In this document: positions 1 through 9,275 of the stretch, piece after piece
Layout of the letters: every line of letters begins with the position of its first letter
How positions within the stretch are numbered: the stretch's first letter is position 1
NCBI GenBank assembly: GCA_964490975.1
Contig: CAZBEQ010000012.1
Span: forward strand, 1,559-65,558
DNA from: an uncultured Oscillospiraceae bacterium
Lineage (GTDB): Bacteria; Bacillota; Clostridia; Acetivibrionales; DTU013
Length of the DNA stretch: 64,000 bases
Direction of reading: 5' to 3'
Notes under the pieces: generated by a model
The model's database searches: none
What the model saw: the letters and a program-made list of their open reading frames with translations, nothing else
What the model was told of the DNA's origin: nothing
Program-made: the position numbers and the translations under genes

Positions 1-33
1 ACACTACTACTTTATAATGGCGAGGACATACTT

Positions 34-1518
34 ATGGCTTGTACAACTATTCTGGTCGGGAAAAACGCGTCTTATGACGGCTCTACCATGATCGCACGAA
101 ACGATGATTCTGGTTCCGGTAATTTTACCACTAAAAAATTTGTAACTATACATGGCGGGGAGCAGTCTTCAACCTACAGGTCCGTGCATTCCCATGTGAC
201 GATCGAACTGCCCCAAGATCCCATGCGGTTTACGGCAGTGCCGAATGCCGTAGAGGGTAAAGGCATTTGGGCTGCCAGTGGTGTGAATGAGGCAAATGTT
301 GGCATGACGGCCACTGAAACCATTACTTCCAATCCAAGAGTACTGGGGGCTGACCCACTGGTCGAGTATCATCCGGAGCATGACGGGCAGCCTGAAGCCG
401 TTGGAGGCATTGGTGAGGAGGATATTGCTTATATTGTACTTCCTTACATCCATAGTGCTCGTGAAGGTGTTGAGAGGTTGGGAAGCTTTCTGGAAAGGTA
501 TGGCACCTATGAGATGAATGGCATTGCTTTTCAGGATGTCAATGAAATCTGGTGGTTGGAGACCATCGGTGGCCATCACTGGATCGCCAGAAAGGTGCCG
601 GATGATGTTTATGTTGTGATGCCAAATCAGCTGGGGCTTGATCGATTTGATCTGGAGGATGCACTTACCGAAAAGAATAATTATATGTGCTCACCTGATA
701 TGAAGGAGTTCATTGAGAAGAACCATTTGGATCTATCACTGAACGGAGGCATTAATCCGAGAGACGCTTTTGGAAGTCACGATGATGCGGATCATGTTTA
801 CAATACGCCACGCGCCTGGTTCATGCTTCGATATTTTAATCCCCGTTCCAAAGTATGGGACGGCCCAAATGCGGATTTTACACCGTATTCAAATGATCTG
901 CCCTGGTGCATGGTGCCGGAGAAGAAGATTACGCCGGAGGATGTAAAATACGTGCTGTCATCTCATTTTCAGGGAACACCGTATGATCCATATGAAAGGC
1001 ATGGCGATCCAGCCATGAAAGGCATCTTCCGCCCGATCGGCATCAACAGGAATGACTTTATGGCTCTGATACAAATGCGCCCGGACGTTCCGGAAGAGTT
1101 CCGCGTGGTGGAGTGGATAGCCTTTGCCTCCAACTCCTTCAATGTGCTGACACCTTTTTATGCTAATGTGTCCACAACACCGGACTATCTTGCCAATACA
1201 ACGCAGGAAATCACAACTGACAACTTTTACTGGTCCAGCCGCATGATTGCCGCTATGGCAGACGCAGCTTACGATAAATCCATATTTCATATTGAGCGAT
1301 ATCAGACTGCTGTACAGTCTAAAGGACACGCAATTATCAACCAATATGATGAAAAGCTCCGGCAGGAAGCGGATGCAGCAAAACGGGAGACCCTTCGGGA
1401 ACAGGCCAATCAAGAAATCGCGGACATGTTGAAAAAAGAAACTGCCGATACATTGGGCAAGGTTCTCTACGAACTGAGTAATCAGATGAAGAACGCCTAT
1501 TCCAGATCGGATGCTTGA
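34..1518 (+). CDS. C69-family dipeptidase (Ntn-type cysteine peptidase)
   Basis: 494-aa ORF. The N-terminus MACTTILVG places Cys3 as the predicted N-terminal nucleophile, typical of peptidase C69 / dipeptidase A. GAGGA RBS upstream. Confidence 0.85.
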   Translation: MACTTILVGKNASYDGSTMIARNDDSGSGNFTTKKFVTIHGGEQSSTYRSVHSHVTIELPQDPMRFTAVPNAVEGKGIWAASGVNEANVGMTATETITSNPRVLGADPLVEYHPEHDGQPEAVGGIGEEDIAYIVLPYIHSAREGVERLGSFLERYGTYEMNGIAFQDVNEIWWLETIGGHHWIARKVPDDVYVVMPNQLGLDRFDLEDALTEKNNYMCSPDMKEFIEKNHLDLSLNGGINPRDAFGSHDDADHVYNTPRAWFMLRYFNPRSKVWDGPNADFTPYSNDLPWCMVPEKKITPEDVKYVLSSHFQGTPYDPYERHGDPAMKGIFRPIGINRNDFMALIQMRPDVPEEFRVVEWIAFASNSFNVLTPFYANVSTTPDYLANTTQEITTDNFYWSSRMIAAMADAAYDKSIFHIERYQTAVQSKGHAIINQYDEKLRQEADAAKRETLREQANQEIADMLKKETADTLGKVLYELSNQMKNAYSRSDA

Positions 1519-1750
1519 TTGAAACACTGTGTCAACCATAAAGGTCTATAAAAAAAGCCTTATTCAGGATATGAGGAGAAGAATGCTGAGCCGATCAGTC
1601 AGGAACAAATGTAACAAAAGGTTTATTGTATTGTCCGTAAGTTTTTTATAGCATATAATTGATAAGTAATGCATTCCGATGTTCAAAGAGTAAATGAACT
1701 GCAGGCTCGGATAGCTGTTATGAAAGAGTATAAAGATATGGGATGAGATA

Positions 1751-3007
1751 ATGGAAGTAATTAAGAATAAATTAAAAGCAGCATCAAATTATGTGCTAAC
1801 GCTTATAAAGTGGACATTGATCGCGGGATGTACGGGCCTTCTTGGCGGAGCTATAGGTACGCTTTTTCATAAGAGTGTAGAATATGTCACTGACTTCAGA
1901 ACAGAGTACGGCTTTGTTTTGTGGCTTCTGCCCATCGGAGGTATTGCTATAATTACGCTGTACAAGGTATGTAAGCTGAGTGAAAATACTGGTACAAATG
2001 AAGTAATCGATTCTATACGCACAAAAAATAATGTTTCCCCAATTTTGGCTCCGCTTATTTTTATCAGTACTGTAATAACACATCTTCTGGGCGGATCGGC
2101 AGGACGTGAGGGAGCGGCCCTGCAGCTTGGGGGGAGTATCGGCTCTATAATAGGCAGAATATTCAGGCTGGATGAAAAGGATATGCACATTATCACTCTT
2201 TGCGGCATGAGCAGCGTATTTGCAGCATTATTTGGGACACCTATGACAGCTGCTGTTTTGGCACTGGAGGTTATTAGTGTAGGAGTTATTTATTATGCTG
2301 CTTTGGTTCCATGTATAGCCTCATCACTTGTAGCATACGAAATATCGCTTTTATTCGGTGCTAAACCGATGAATTTTTCAGATTTGGTTGTGCCCGGATT
2401 AACATTTGCCGTTGTTGTACAAACGGTGGCACTTGCTGCTGCTTGTGCAGTTGTAAGCATATTATTCTGTTTAGCCTTAAAGAAAACCAGGCTTCTGTTA
2501 ACAAAAGTAATCAAGAACAGTTATTTAAGGATAGCTGCAGGCGGAGCTGTGATTATCGCTTTGACATTTCTTGTGCAGACGAGAGACTATAACGGCGCCG
2601 GCATGGATGTAGTCGGGAGGGCGATAGGCGGGAGTGCAAGACCTGAGGCATTCCTGCTTAAAATTATTTTTACTGCAATTACTATTGGAGCCGGTTATAA
2701 GGGAGGAGAAATAGTTCCTACCTTCTTTATTGGCGCTACTTTTGGCTGCGTTGTGGGCAATTTTCTAGGCTTGGGAGGAAGCTTTGGCGCAGCTGTCGGA
2801 TTGATTGCTCTTTTCTGTGGCGTAGTCAACTGCCCTATAGCGTCAATAATTCTCAGCATAGAGATATTTGGATCAAGCGGACTGATTTTATTTGCCGTAG
2901 CCTGTGCTGTCAGCTATACTCTGTCAGGGTATTATGGCCTTTACAGTACGCAAAAGATTATTTATTCCAAGCTAAAAGCTGAATTTATCAACATTAACGC
3001 AAAGTAG
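1751..3007 (+). CDS. CLC-family anion channel/antiporter, CLC-F (fluoride/proton antiporter)-like
   Basis: 418-aa polytopic membrane ORF. Motifs are GTNEV (in place of GSGIPE, central Ser replaced by Asn), GSAGREGAALQLGG (GREG) and GGEIVPTFF (Glu in the third selectivity motif). I recall this combination as typical of the CLC-F clade. Confidence 0.8.
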   Translation: MEVIKNKLKAASNYVLTLIKWTLIAGCTGLLGGAIGTLFHKSVEYVTDFRTEYGFVLWLLPIGGIAIITLYKVCKLSENTGTNEVIDSIRTKNNVSPILAPLIFISTVITHLLGGSAGREGAALQLGGSIGSIIGRIFRLDEKDMHIITLCGMSSVFAALFGTPMTAAVLALEVISVGVIYYAALVPCIASSLVAYEISLLFGAKPMNFSDLVVPGLTFAVVVQTVALAAACAVVSILFCLALKKTRLLLTKVIKNSYLRIAAGGAVIIALTFLVQTRDYNGAGMDVVGRAIGGSARPEAFLLKIIFTAITIGAGYKGGEIVPTFFIGATFGCVVGNFLGLGGSFGAAVGLIALFCGVVNCPIASIILSIEIFGSSGLILFAVACAVSYTLSGYYGLYSTQKIIYSKLKAEFININAK

Positions 3008-3048
3008 CCAATATTCATTTCTGCTTATTATAACCGATAATCTCAAAC

Positions 3049-3130
3049 GGTGAATGCTCCCATAGGCAATTCGCATAGCACACAGGGCAAGACGGTGGCC
3101 TGCAGGCTGCTTATCACCTATGATTATGAA
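3049..3130 (-). pseudogene. Relic fragment resembling the C-terminal part of a sialate O-acetylesterase / SASA-type carbohydrate esterase
   Basis: The minus-strand translation reads ...FIIIGDKQPAGHRLALCAMRIAYGSIH.... This matches the remembered DKxxVGxRLAxxALxxxYG signature. There is no start codon or upstream domain, and it lies in the ClC 3' flank. Confidence 0.35.
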
Positions 3131-3207
3131 GGAAAATGAGGCTAAATGAATTGATTAGTGTAATAAAATCCTAAATAATATTTGGAAGAGAGGAAGAACA
3201 TAAAATT

Positions 3208-3861
3208 ATGCCATTTCAGATGACACACTTGCATATAGCGAAGAATCTGCATCAGCGGTTTCCTGTAACAATCAAGGATTTACCTCAATTTTATTTGGGA
3301 AATGTAGCTCCTGACGCTGTGCATAACAGAGCAGGTTATATATCAGATTATAAAAAGGTATCTCATTTATGCGTGGGAGATGCTAGTTGGGGGATGCTTA
3401 CCAATAACGATGAATGGATTGAAAACGTATTGAAATTTCTGGATAAAAATAAAAGTACAGATAACTATGATTTTATACTCGGCTACAGCTGCCATATTTT
3501 ATCAGATATATATAACAATATAGCTGTGTGGACACCATTTAGGCTGGAATATCCTAATGAAATAGCAAAAGGATATGGAGGATTATATCATCAGGAAAGT
3601 GGAAAAGTAGAAATTGAATTAGCATTGAGAAATGATAACAAGGAAAATTTCTGGGTTTATCTTGAGAAAGCTAAAGCAATAGGTCTGGATGGCATAATAT
3701 TTGCAGAGGAAATAGAGAGACATAAAGAGAACATAATTAATAATTGGTACAAGGATAAAGAACATCAGGACATATCATCAAATAAATTAATAACAATTGA
3801 AAGTACGATGACCTTTGTAGAAGATGCAACAAATTTTATTGTCAACAAATTGAGCAATTAA
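3208..3861 (+). CDS. Hypothetical protein, possibly zinc-dependent phospholipase C-like metal hydrolase
   Basis: 217-aa ORF with a GAGAGGAAG RBS region. The N-terminal His and a GNVAPDAVH motif are reminiscent of the Zn-dependent PLC family. The functional call is weak. Confidence 0.45.
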   Translation: MPFQMTHLHIAKNLHQRFPVTIKDLPQFYLGNVAPDAVHNRAGYISDYKKVSHLCVGDASWGMLTNNDEWIENVLKFLDKNKSTDNYDFILGYSCHILSDIYNNIAVWTPFRLEYPNEIAKGYGGLYHQESGKVEIELALRNDNKENFWVYLEKAKAIGLDGIIFAEEIERHKENIINNWYKDKEHQDISSNKLITIESTMTFVEDATNFIVNKLSN

Positions 3862-3965
3862 TACAGCTTCAGATAAGACTGCTAGAGCGTACTTAATTGT
3901 TTTATGACATTTAGTCAACCGTAATAATTGTTATAAAATGCGAATCTATAGAAGGAGATGGACAT

Positions 3966-4448
3966 TTGAAAACTAAATTTGTCTTGCCAATTATTTTACT
4001 TGTGGTTATAATTTCTGCATTGATTTCATACCGGTTATTCCATGTGAATATTTGGAATAATGGCTTGGCTGCTCCATATAAGATTAACCTTAACGTTCAG
4101 GGAAAGCAGAACCAAATTTTCATAGATGATAAGCATAGTCAATCTCTTATTAGAGAATTAAATAAATTAATTGTATTTGACATGCCAGATACATTAGGCC
4201 TGGATTCTCCAGCTGTTAAGAATGATGTTGAGAGCATAGAGGAATTCGCAGTAGAATATGTTTATGAGAAACCACAGAGTATCTCTGTAAACAATCCTGA
4301 GATTAAGCAGGTTCAGTTTATTAAGATGATATTCCCTCTAGACAAAAAGTGGGAGAATCAAGTTTATATAAAGACAGAAGATGATTTATATTACTTCATC
4401 GGAAATAGACCTGATTTAGACGCTCTTGTAAAATCAGCTGTTTATTAG
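3966..4448 (+). CDS. Hypothetical membrane-anchored protein
   Basis: 160-aa ORF with a TTG start after a GGAGAT RBS. It has one N-terminal TM helix (VLPIILLVVIISALISY). No recognisable domain. Confidence 0.45.
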   Translation: MKTKFVLPIILLVVIISALISYRLFHVNIWNNGLAAPYKINLNVQGKQNQIFIDDKHSQSLIRELNKLIVFDMPDTLGLDSPAVKNDVESIEEFAVEYVYEKPQSISVNNPEIKQVQFIKMIFPLDKKWENQVYIKTEDDLYYFIGNRPDLDALVKSAVY

Positions 4449-5059
4449 GAGAGTAATGCTTACTCTGTTTCGCATATACGGACAGGTTGGCTCAAAAAGG
4501 ATTATATTCAATTCCTGATTGAAAAAGTATGGAATATAAATTAGCCTCCTGAATGAGGTGAGCTATTACAAACAGGAGAATAATCTTACCTGAGCGCTAA
4601 TACTAATTCGATCAGGTCGCAGTGAGCAAAAAAACTGATACTGTGTGGATGAAGATCTAATTTTATTAATGAAAAGCTAAATAACGCAACAAAAGGCTGC
4701 ATTATGCAACTCAATCATAAGAAAATCCCCAAAACCAAATTTGTATACACACATTACTTGCAGATTTACTCACCCTCGTTTAACCAGGACGTAGTGATGG
4801 GTGTATTGGCTTATTAGCTGAACAGTAAAAAACTAAGTACATACTTGCAAAGCATTAGACAGGTAAGTGCAACTTCAGACAAGTTTGATAAGATATTGCC
4901 TGGACATAATATGAGTATTTGTTGCTATAAATCCTTATAAAAACCTTATAATCATCCTCTATACTGATAATCAGTATAAGAAAAGGGTTACTAAAGACAA
5001 CTTAAATCCAGGGCAAGTGTAGAAGCCGGCAAATATGCAGGTAATAATTTTACATTTCG

Positions 5060-5103
5060 AATGAACAATATTCATTGACTATTGTTCATTAACGTGATAT
5101 TAT
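5060..5103 (+). promoter_or_regulatory. Putative sigma-A promoter overlapped by an 11-bp inverted repeat (likely TetR operator)
   Basis: AATGAACAATA (5060-5070) and TATTGTTCATT (5080-5090) are perfect reverse complements. TTGACT (5075-5080), a 17-nt spacer and TATTAT (5098-5103) lie just upstream of the TetR gene. Confidence 0.55.
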
Positions 5104-5121
5104 AAGAATGGAGGCGATGAA

Positions 5122-5715
5122 ATGGCGGACTCAAAAACAAGGATATCAAAGCAGCCGGAAGAACGGCGGCAAGAAATGCTTGATACTGCGATGTATATTT
5201 TTACACAAAAGGGTTATGAACAAACAACCATGCGGGATATCGCAAAAGAAATGAACGTAGTACCTGGCCTTTGCTATCGGTATTTTGAATCAAAGCAAAT
5301 GCTGTATCAGACAGCGGTCAAGGAATACGCTGATGATTATTGCGCTCCTATCATTAACATTTTGAATAATGTAGAAGCAGACGTTAACGCCATACACAGC
5401 TTCCTTGTCGCACATTTTTCCCAAATAGGCGACAATGAAAAATATCACGGTTTTTTTCACAAACCGGAAAACAAGAATTTTGCCATAATGCTTAACCATA
5501 CGATTTGCGATATTCTTGCTCCGCATTTTTCAAATGTGCTTAAGCGTCTTGCCGAAGCGAAAAAAGCGACAGTTTCGGATGCGGACGCATATGCCAGGTT
5601 TCTTCTGTTTGGCTTAGCATCTGTTATGGACGATGACGCAAAACCGGTCGGGCAGCGGATTATACTGGCATCTGAGATCGCAAAAAAATTTTTAACAGCA
5701 GAAAGAAGATACTAA
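5122..5715 (+). CDS. TetR/AcrR-family transcriptional regulator
   Basis: 197 aa. The N-terminal HTH reads TTMRDIAKEMNVVPGLCYRYFESKQ. GGAGG RBS 8 nt upstream. Confidence 0.9.
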   Translation: MADSKTRISKQPEERRQEMLDTAMYIFTQKGYEQTTMRDIAKEMNVVPGLCYRYFESKQMLYQTAVKEYADDYCAPIINILNNVEADVNAIHSFLVAHFSQIGDNEKYHGFFHKPENKNFAIMLNHTICDILAPHFSNVLKRLAEAKKATVSDADAYARFLLFGLASVMDDDAKPVGQRIILASEIAKKFLTAERRY

Positions 5716-5717
5716 CT

Positions 5718-6347
5718 ATGGATTCAAAGGTAAAAACGATGCGGCATTTCAATATGACTGCCGCAGAATATAATAATTCCGGAGACGGAAAATTTGTTCA
5801 GCCGATGTATGAAGCGCTTGTTAGAGAATTGAGAAAGCTCAAAGGCGGCAAGCTGCTTGATGTGGGTTGTGGCAACGGGAATCTATTCGGACTTCTAAAG
5901 GAAGAAGAATATCAGCTTTACGGCATCGATCTGTCAGAGAACATGATTGCCGCAGCAAAGGCGGAGTACTCAGGCTGTGCTGTGTTGCATGTCGCCGACG
6001 CGGAAAAGTTACCGTTTGAAAGTGATATGTTTGATGTCTTGGTATGCAATGCCTCTTTCCATCATTATACTAAACCTGATATTGTGCTTGATGAAATGAA
6101 TCGTGTTACTAAAAACGGTGGTAAGCTCTTGATAGGAGATCCGTATATGCCGCAGCCGACGCGCTGGCTTATGAACGTGTTTACCAAGTATTCTAACGAG
6201 GGTGATTTCCATTATTACGGAATCCGCGAAATGAAACACCTTCTGGAGGCTCACGGATTTGAGATTGTGGAAAATATGCATACCGGCCATCACAAGGTTT
6301 TATTTATAGCAAGGGAAAAATATAAATACAGGAAGGATAATGTGTGA
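5718..6347 (+). CDS. Class I SAM-dependent methyltransferase
   Basis: 209 aa. SAM-binding motif LLDVGCGNGN and a later acidic loop. Starts 3 nt after the TetR stop. Confidence 0.85.
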   Translation: MDSKVKTMRHFNMTAAEYNNSGDGKFVQPMYEALVRELRKLKGGKLLDVGCGNGNLFGLLKEEEYQLYGIDLSENMIAAAKAEYSGCAVLHVADAEKLPFESDMFDVLVCNASFHHYTKPDIVLDEMNRVTKNGGKLLIGDPYMPQPTRWLMNVFTKYSNEGDFHYYGIREMKHLLEAHGFEIVENMHTGHHKVLFIAREKYKYRKDNV

Positions 6348-6787
6348 TGAAAACAGCTATCGTATATTACTCCAAACATCACGGCAACACAAAAAAGCTC
6401 TTGGACGCTATTGCGGAGCTTGGAGACGTTGACCTGATAGATGCTGAGAATTCAGCTCAGACAAATCTAGAGAGCTATGACATGATCGGATTTGCATCAG
6501 GTATCTATTATTCCAAATACAGCAAATGTGTATTAGATTTTGCGCAAAAGAATCTTCCGCAAGGGAAAAAGGTTTTCTTTATTCATACCGCAGGCGATCC
6601 GAGAGAAAACCATAACGCAGCAATCAAGGCAATTACTGACGAAAAAGGCTGTCAGTGCCTTGGTACCTATTTCTGCAAAGGCTTTAATACCTATGGACCG
6701 CTCAAGCTGGTGGGAGGCATTGCCAAAGAACACCCAAACAGTGATGAAATATCTGGCGCGGTATCGTTTTACAATGGCTTGCTGTGA
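6344..6787 (+). CDS. Flavodoxin-family protein
   Basis: 147 aa. The N-terminus TAIVYYSKHHGNTKKL is typical of flavodoxin-like fold proteins. There is a 4-nt ATGA overlap with the methyltransferase stop. Confidence 0.8.
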   Translation: MMKTAIVYYSKHHGNTKKLLDAIAELGDVDLIDAENSAQTNLESYDMIGFASGIYYSKYSKCVLDFAQKNLPQGKKVFFIHTAGDPRENHNAAIKAITDEKGCQCLGTYFCKGFNTYGPLKLVGGIAKEHPNSDEISGAVSFYNGLL

Positions 6788-6809
6788 CAGAAAAGGGAAT
6801 CTGTGCCGA

Positions 6810-7478
6810 ATGGAGATTGAATCTATGTCAAATGATAAAACAGATTTTAGGATACTAGGTCCTAAAATACCACAAAAATTAGGTGATCTTAAACTGCCTG
6901 CAAGCGTTCAGAATGAAGATGAGTTTTCAGAAGGGGCACTTTGCGATTACATTATCGAAAATCAAACAGCAGAAAAGGTAGTTCTAAGTAAAATTATCTT
7001 TAAAGATGTAGTGCTCAGGCAGGTATCATTTAAGTTCCTTGATATGACTGATGTTCAATTTGAGAACTGTGATTTATCCAATATGGATATGAGCGGAGCT
7101 GTAATTCACAGGGCTAAGTTTATCAATTGCAAGGCTGTAGGAATTAACCTAAGCAGATCAACATTGAGAAATGTATCATTTGAAAATTGCAATTGTAAGT
7201 ATGCTTCTCTTCAGTTTTCAGATTTGGGACAAGTATGGCTTGAAAATTGTTTGCTGGAGAATGCTGATTTTGGAACATCAATTTTTTCACAAGTAGGGTT
7301 TAGCTCTTCAAATTTGCAACAGGTGCAAATGTCAGGAACAAAACTTAAGGGAATAGATCTCAGCAGTAATGATATAGACGGGCTGAGCTTCAGGCTTGAA
7401 GATTTATTTGGAGCAATTGTTTCTCCCCTTCAGGCAGTTTCTCTTTCCAGGAAGATGGGGCTTGTTATAAAAGAGTGA
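6810..7478 (+). CDS. Pentapeptide-repeat protein
   Basis: Start re-set to the ATG at 6810 (AAGGGA RBS). The longer ORF from 6540 overlaps the flavodoxin gene. The body is made of A(D/N)LxX-type pentapeptide repeats (DLSNMDMSGAVIHRAKFINCKAVGINLSRSTLRNVSFENCN...). Confidence 0.8.
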   Translation: MEIESMSNDKTDFRILGPKIPQKLGDLKLPASVQNEDEFSEGALCDYIIENQTAEKVVLSKIIFKDVVLRQVSFKFLDMTDVQFENCDLSNMDMSGAVIHRAKFINCKAVGINLSRSTLRNVSFENCNCKYASLQFSDLGQVWLENCLLENADFGTSIFSQVGFSSSNLQQVQMSGTKLKGIDLSSNDIDGLSFRLEDLFGAIVSPLQAVSLSRKMGLVIKE

Positions 7479-7602
7479 TTGCATGGCTTGGTAAGTCATG
7501 TTTAACAAGGAAGCAACCAGGGAACCTGTAAGGGATGGCCCAGCCCATCTGAATCTCGACTTTGGGATATTCAGACTAATTAAATAGTGGGGGGTAAGTA
7601 TA

Positions 7603-8142
7603 TTGAAGAAGTGTATAATTGGAGTAATTGTTGTAATATTTTTTATAGCCATAGTAATCGTAGCTTATAGTAATATTAAACCAACGGCAGCAAAAGAGGA
7701 CATTACAGCTGAAGCTATACTACAAATAAATAATACTACTCATAATGAGCATAAAGAGTACCTAATGGATATAAATATCATAAAAAACAAAGACAGCCAC
7801 GTCTCTATTTATCCATATATTGAGGGTCTTGGTATGATGACTTTTAGCGATCAAGAAGAAGAAGGATACTTTGTACCTGGCTCAATTGGTAGTGACGGAA
7901 TTACAGAACCAATTGCTATAACTGAACTAAAGAATAATAATCTAATTCATAATGCAAAAGATTTATCTTTAATTGGCTTTTGGTTTCCTGACGAAGCAGG
8001 ACAATATAAAGCAAGAATTTATTTAGATAAGTTCGACAGCTTTAAGGAGATAGAAAATCCTGTTTTTGTATGTGTATATTTAGAAGAAAAGTATGGAAGG
8101 CAGCTAACGTGGTCAAAGGTCTTACCAGTAACATTAAAGTAA
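7603..8142 (+). CDS. Hypothetical secreted/membrane-anchored protein
   Basis: 179-aa ORF with a TTG start after a G-rich RBS. N-terminal TM/signal segment IIGVIVVIFFIAIVIVAY. No recognised domain. Confidence 0.45.
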   Translation: MKKCIIGVIVVIFFIAIVIVAYSNIKPTAAKEDITAEAILQINNTTHNEHKEYLMDINIIKNKDSHVSIYPYIEGLGMMTFSDQEEEGYFVPGSIGSDGITEPIAITELKNNNLIHNAKDLSLIGFWFPDEAGQYKARIYLDKFDSFKEIENPVFVCVYLEEKYGRQLTWSKVLPVTLK

Positions 8143-8219
8143 TTCGCATTCTTTATATAATGAGAACTAAGGGAGAATGGTAACTGCAACATTAAATAAT
8201 GTTATGAGAGGAGGATGCT

Positions 8220-8357
8220 TTGAAAAAGGAATTCCCGATATTGGAGTTTGATAATGCCTCGAATGCTATAATAGAACCGAAGAAGGTAATTCAGAAAATT
8301 GACTTACCTGAGCAAGTTGTAATTTGCTTTTTCAATGATGTCATCGAAAGGACGTAA
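8220..8357 (+). pseudogene. 45-codon 5' gene fragment (N-terminus reminiscent of nucleoside-phosphorylase-family proteins)
   Basis: A strong AGGAGG RBS is followed by TTG and LKKEFPILEFDNASNAIIEPKKVIQKIDLPEQVVICFFNDVIERT, then a stop. It looks like the first ~45 residues of a larger enzyme. The family assignment is from memory only. Confidence 0.3.
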
Positions 8358-8501
8358 GAGAAGCAATTTTCAAGTTGGCAGTAGAGGCTTGTCTGGAATT
8401 GCCTTAATTTATGATATAGTTGCTTGATTATGCTTATTACTAGTTGTAGAATACAATATAGAGCTTAGCTTGTTTTGTAAATTTTTGTGAGGAGATAGAC
8501 T

Positions 8502-9134
8502 GTGCTAAAGTATGAAGAAAAACTTCATTTCGATAAACACTATAACAAGCTTCAGTCAAATGGTTTTCTTAATAAAACCATTGGGCTTATATGGGGAATC
8601 ATAGGGTATGGTTTGCTTTATTATCTTATCAAATATGTTTTAACATATATTCCGGATATTCAGCCCTGGAATGATTTAAAAATATGGTTTGTTATAGGTG
8701 ATGTAAGATTTGTAAAAGTTGATTTGATATACGTCGCTTACGGACTTATACTGAACTGTTACGGTACAATTAGACTTTCAAAAATAACAGCGCAAAATCA
8801 CAGCGCAAAAAGTGAAAAAGGCTGTACACCGAATAAACTGCTGATTAGCGGCTATTATGCAAAGGTGCGTCATCCCATGTACGGAACATTTATCATATTG
8901 CAAGCAGGCTTTATGCTTTCTCTCCGTTCTTTAGCGGGTATAATCATTGCGTTGATAATCATGGGTTTTCAATATGTAAACGCGATCATCGAAGAAAAAA
9001 AGCAACTTATTCCGATTTTTAATGAAGAGTATAGTTTATATACGAATAACGTTTGTCGTATGCTTTTAACAACGTCTGAAATTATCGTCTTTATATCTGC
9101 TATACTCATTAGTGCTGTCGGATTTGCATTTTAA
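8502..9134 (+). CDS. Isoprenylcysteine carboxyl methyltransferase (ICMT/PEMT)-family membrane protein
   Basis: 210 aa with a GTG start after a GAGGAG RBS and several TM helices. Motif GYYAKVRHPMYGTFIIL...EEKKQL...Y..Y. Confidence 0.75.
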   Translation: MLKYEEKLHFDKHYNKLQSNGFLNKTIGLIWGIIGYGLLYYLIKYVLTYIPDIQPWNDLKIWFVIGDVRFVKVDLIYVAYGLILNCYGTIRLSKITAQNHSAKSEKGCTPNKLLISGYYAKVRHPMYGTFIILQAGFMLSLRSLAGIIIALIIMGFQYVNAIIEEKKQLIPIFNEEYSLYTNNVCRMLLTTSEIIVFISAILISAVGFAF

Positions 9135-9151
9135 TTTGCCGCAAGTATTAA

Positions 9152-9262
9152 AAACTTGGTGATTGCGGTTTTGAACATATTGATGAACCTAAACGACCTG
9201 CTGAACTTGGATATATATTAGCTAAAGAATATTGGAATCAAGGAAATATGTTTACCTTTGGC
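9152..9262 (+). pseudogene. Internal fragment of a GNAT-family acetyltransferase
   Basis: The in-frame translation KLGDCGFEHIDEPKRPAELGYILAKEYWNQGNM matches the GNAT beta4-alpha3 signature (aElGY.l...yWgqG). It has no start and no remainder of the domain. Confidence 0.35.
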
Positions 9263-9275
9263 ATGCAAAAACCTC

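Noticed and set aside
1519-1750. Looked for a fluoride (crcB-motif) riboswitch upstream of the CLC-F-like gene. CCGAUG...UAAAUGAAC...GCUGUUAUGAAAGAG looked superficially similar.
   Set aside because: The pseudoknot-forming complementary segments and the conserved CUAAUGAUnCCUAC 3' block are absent. The repeated AAAGAGTA segments are direct repeats, not complementary.
3081-3120. ACACAGGGCAAGACGG resembled the 5' part of a GEMM/c-di-GMP aptamer.
   Set aside because: It lacks the GACGCAAAGCC core and the tetraloop hairpin. The segment is better explained as the antisense of an esterase gene relic.
6540-6809. A 5' extension of the pentapeptide-repeat ORF that overlaps the flavodoxin gene in another frame.
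   Set aside because: There is no RBS. The region is fully explained by the flavodoxin coding frame. The internal ATG at 6810 has an RBS, and the repeats begin after it.
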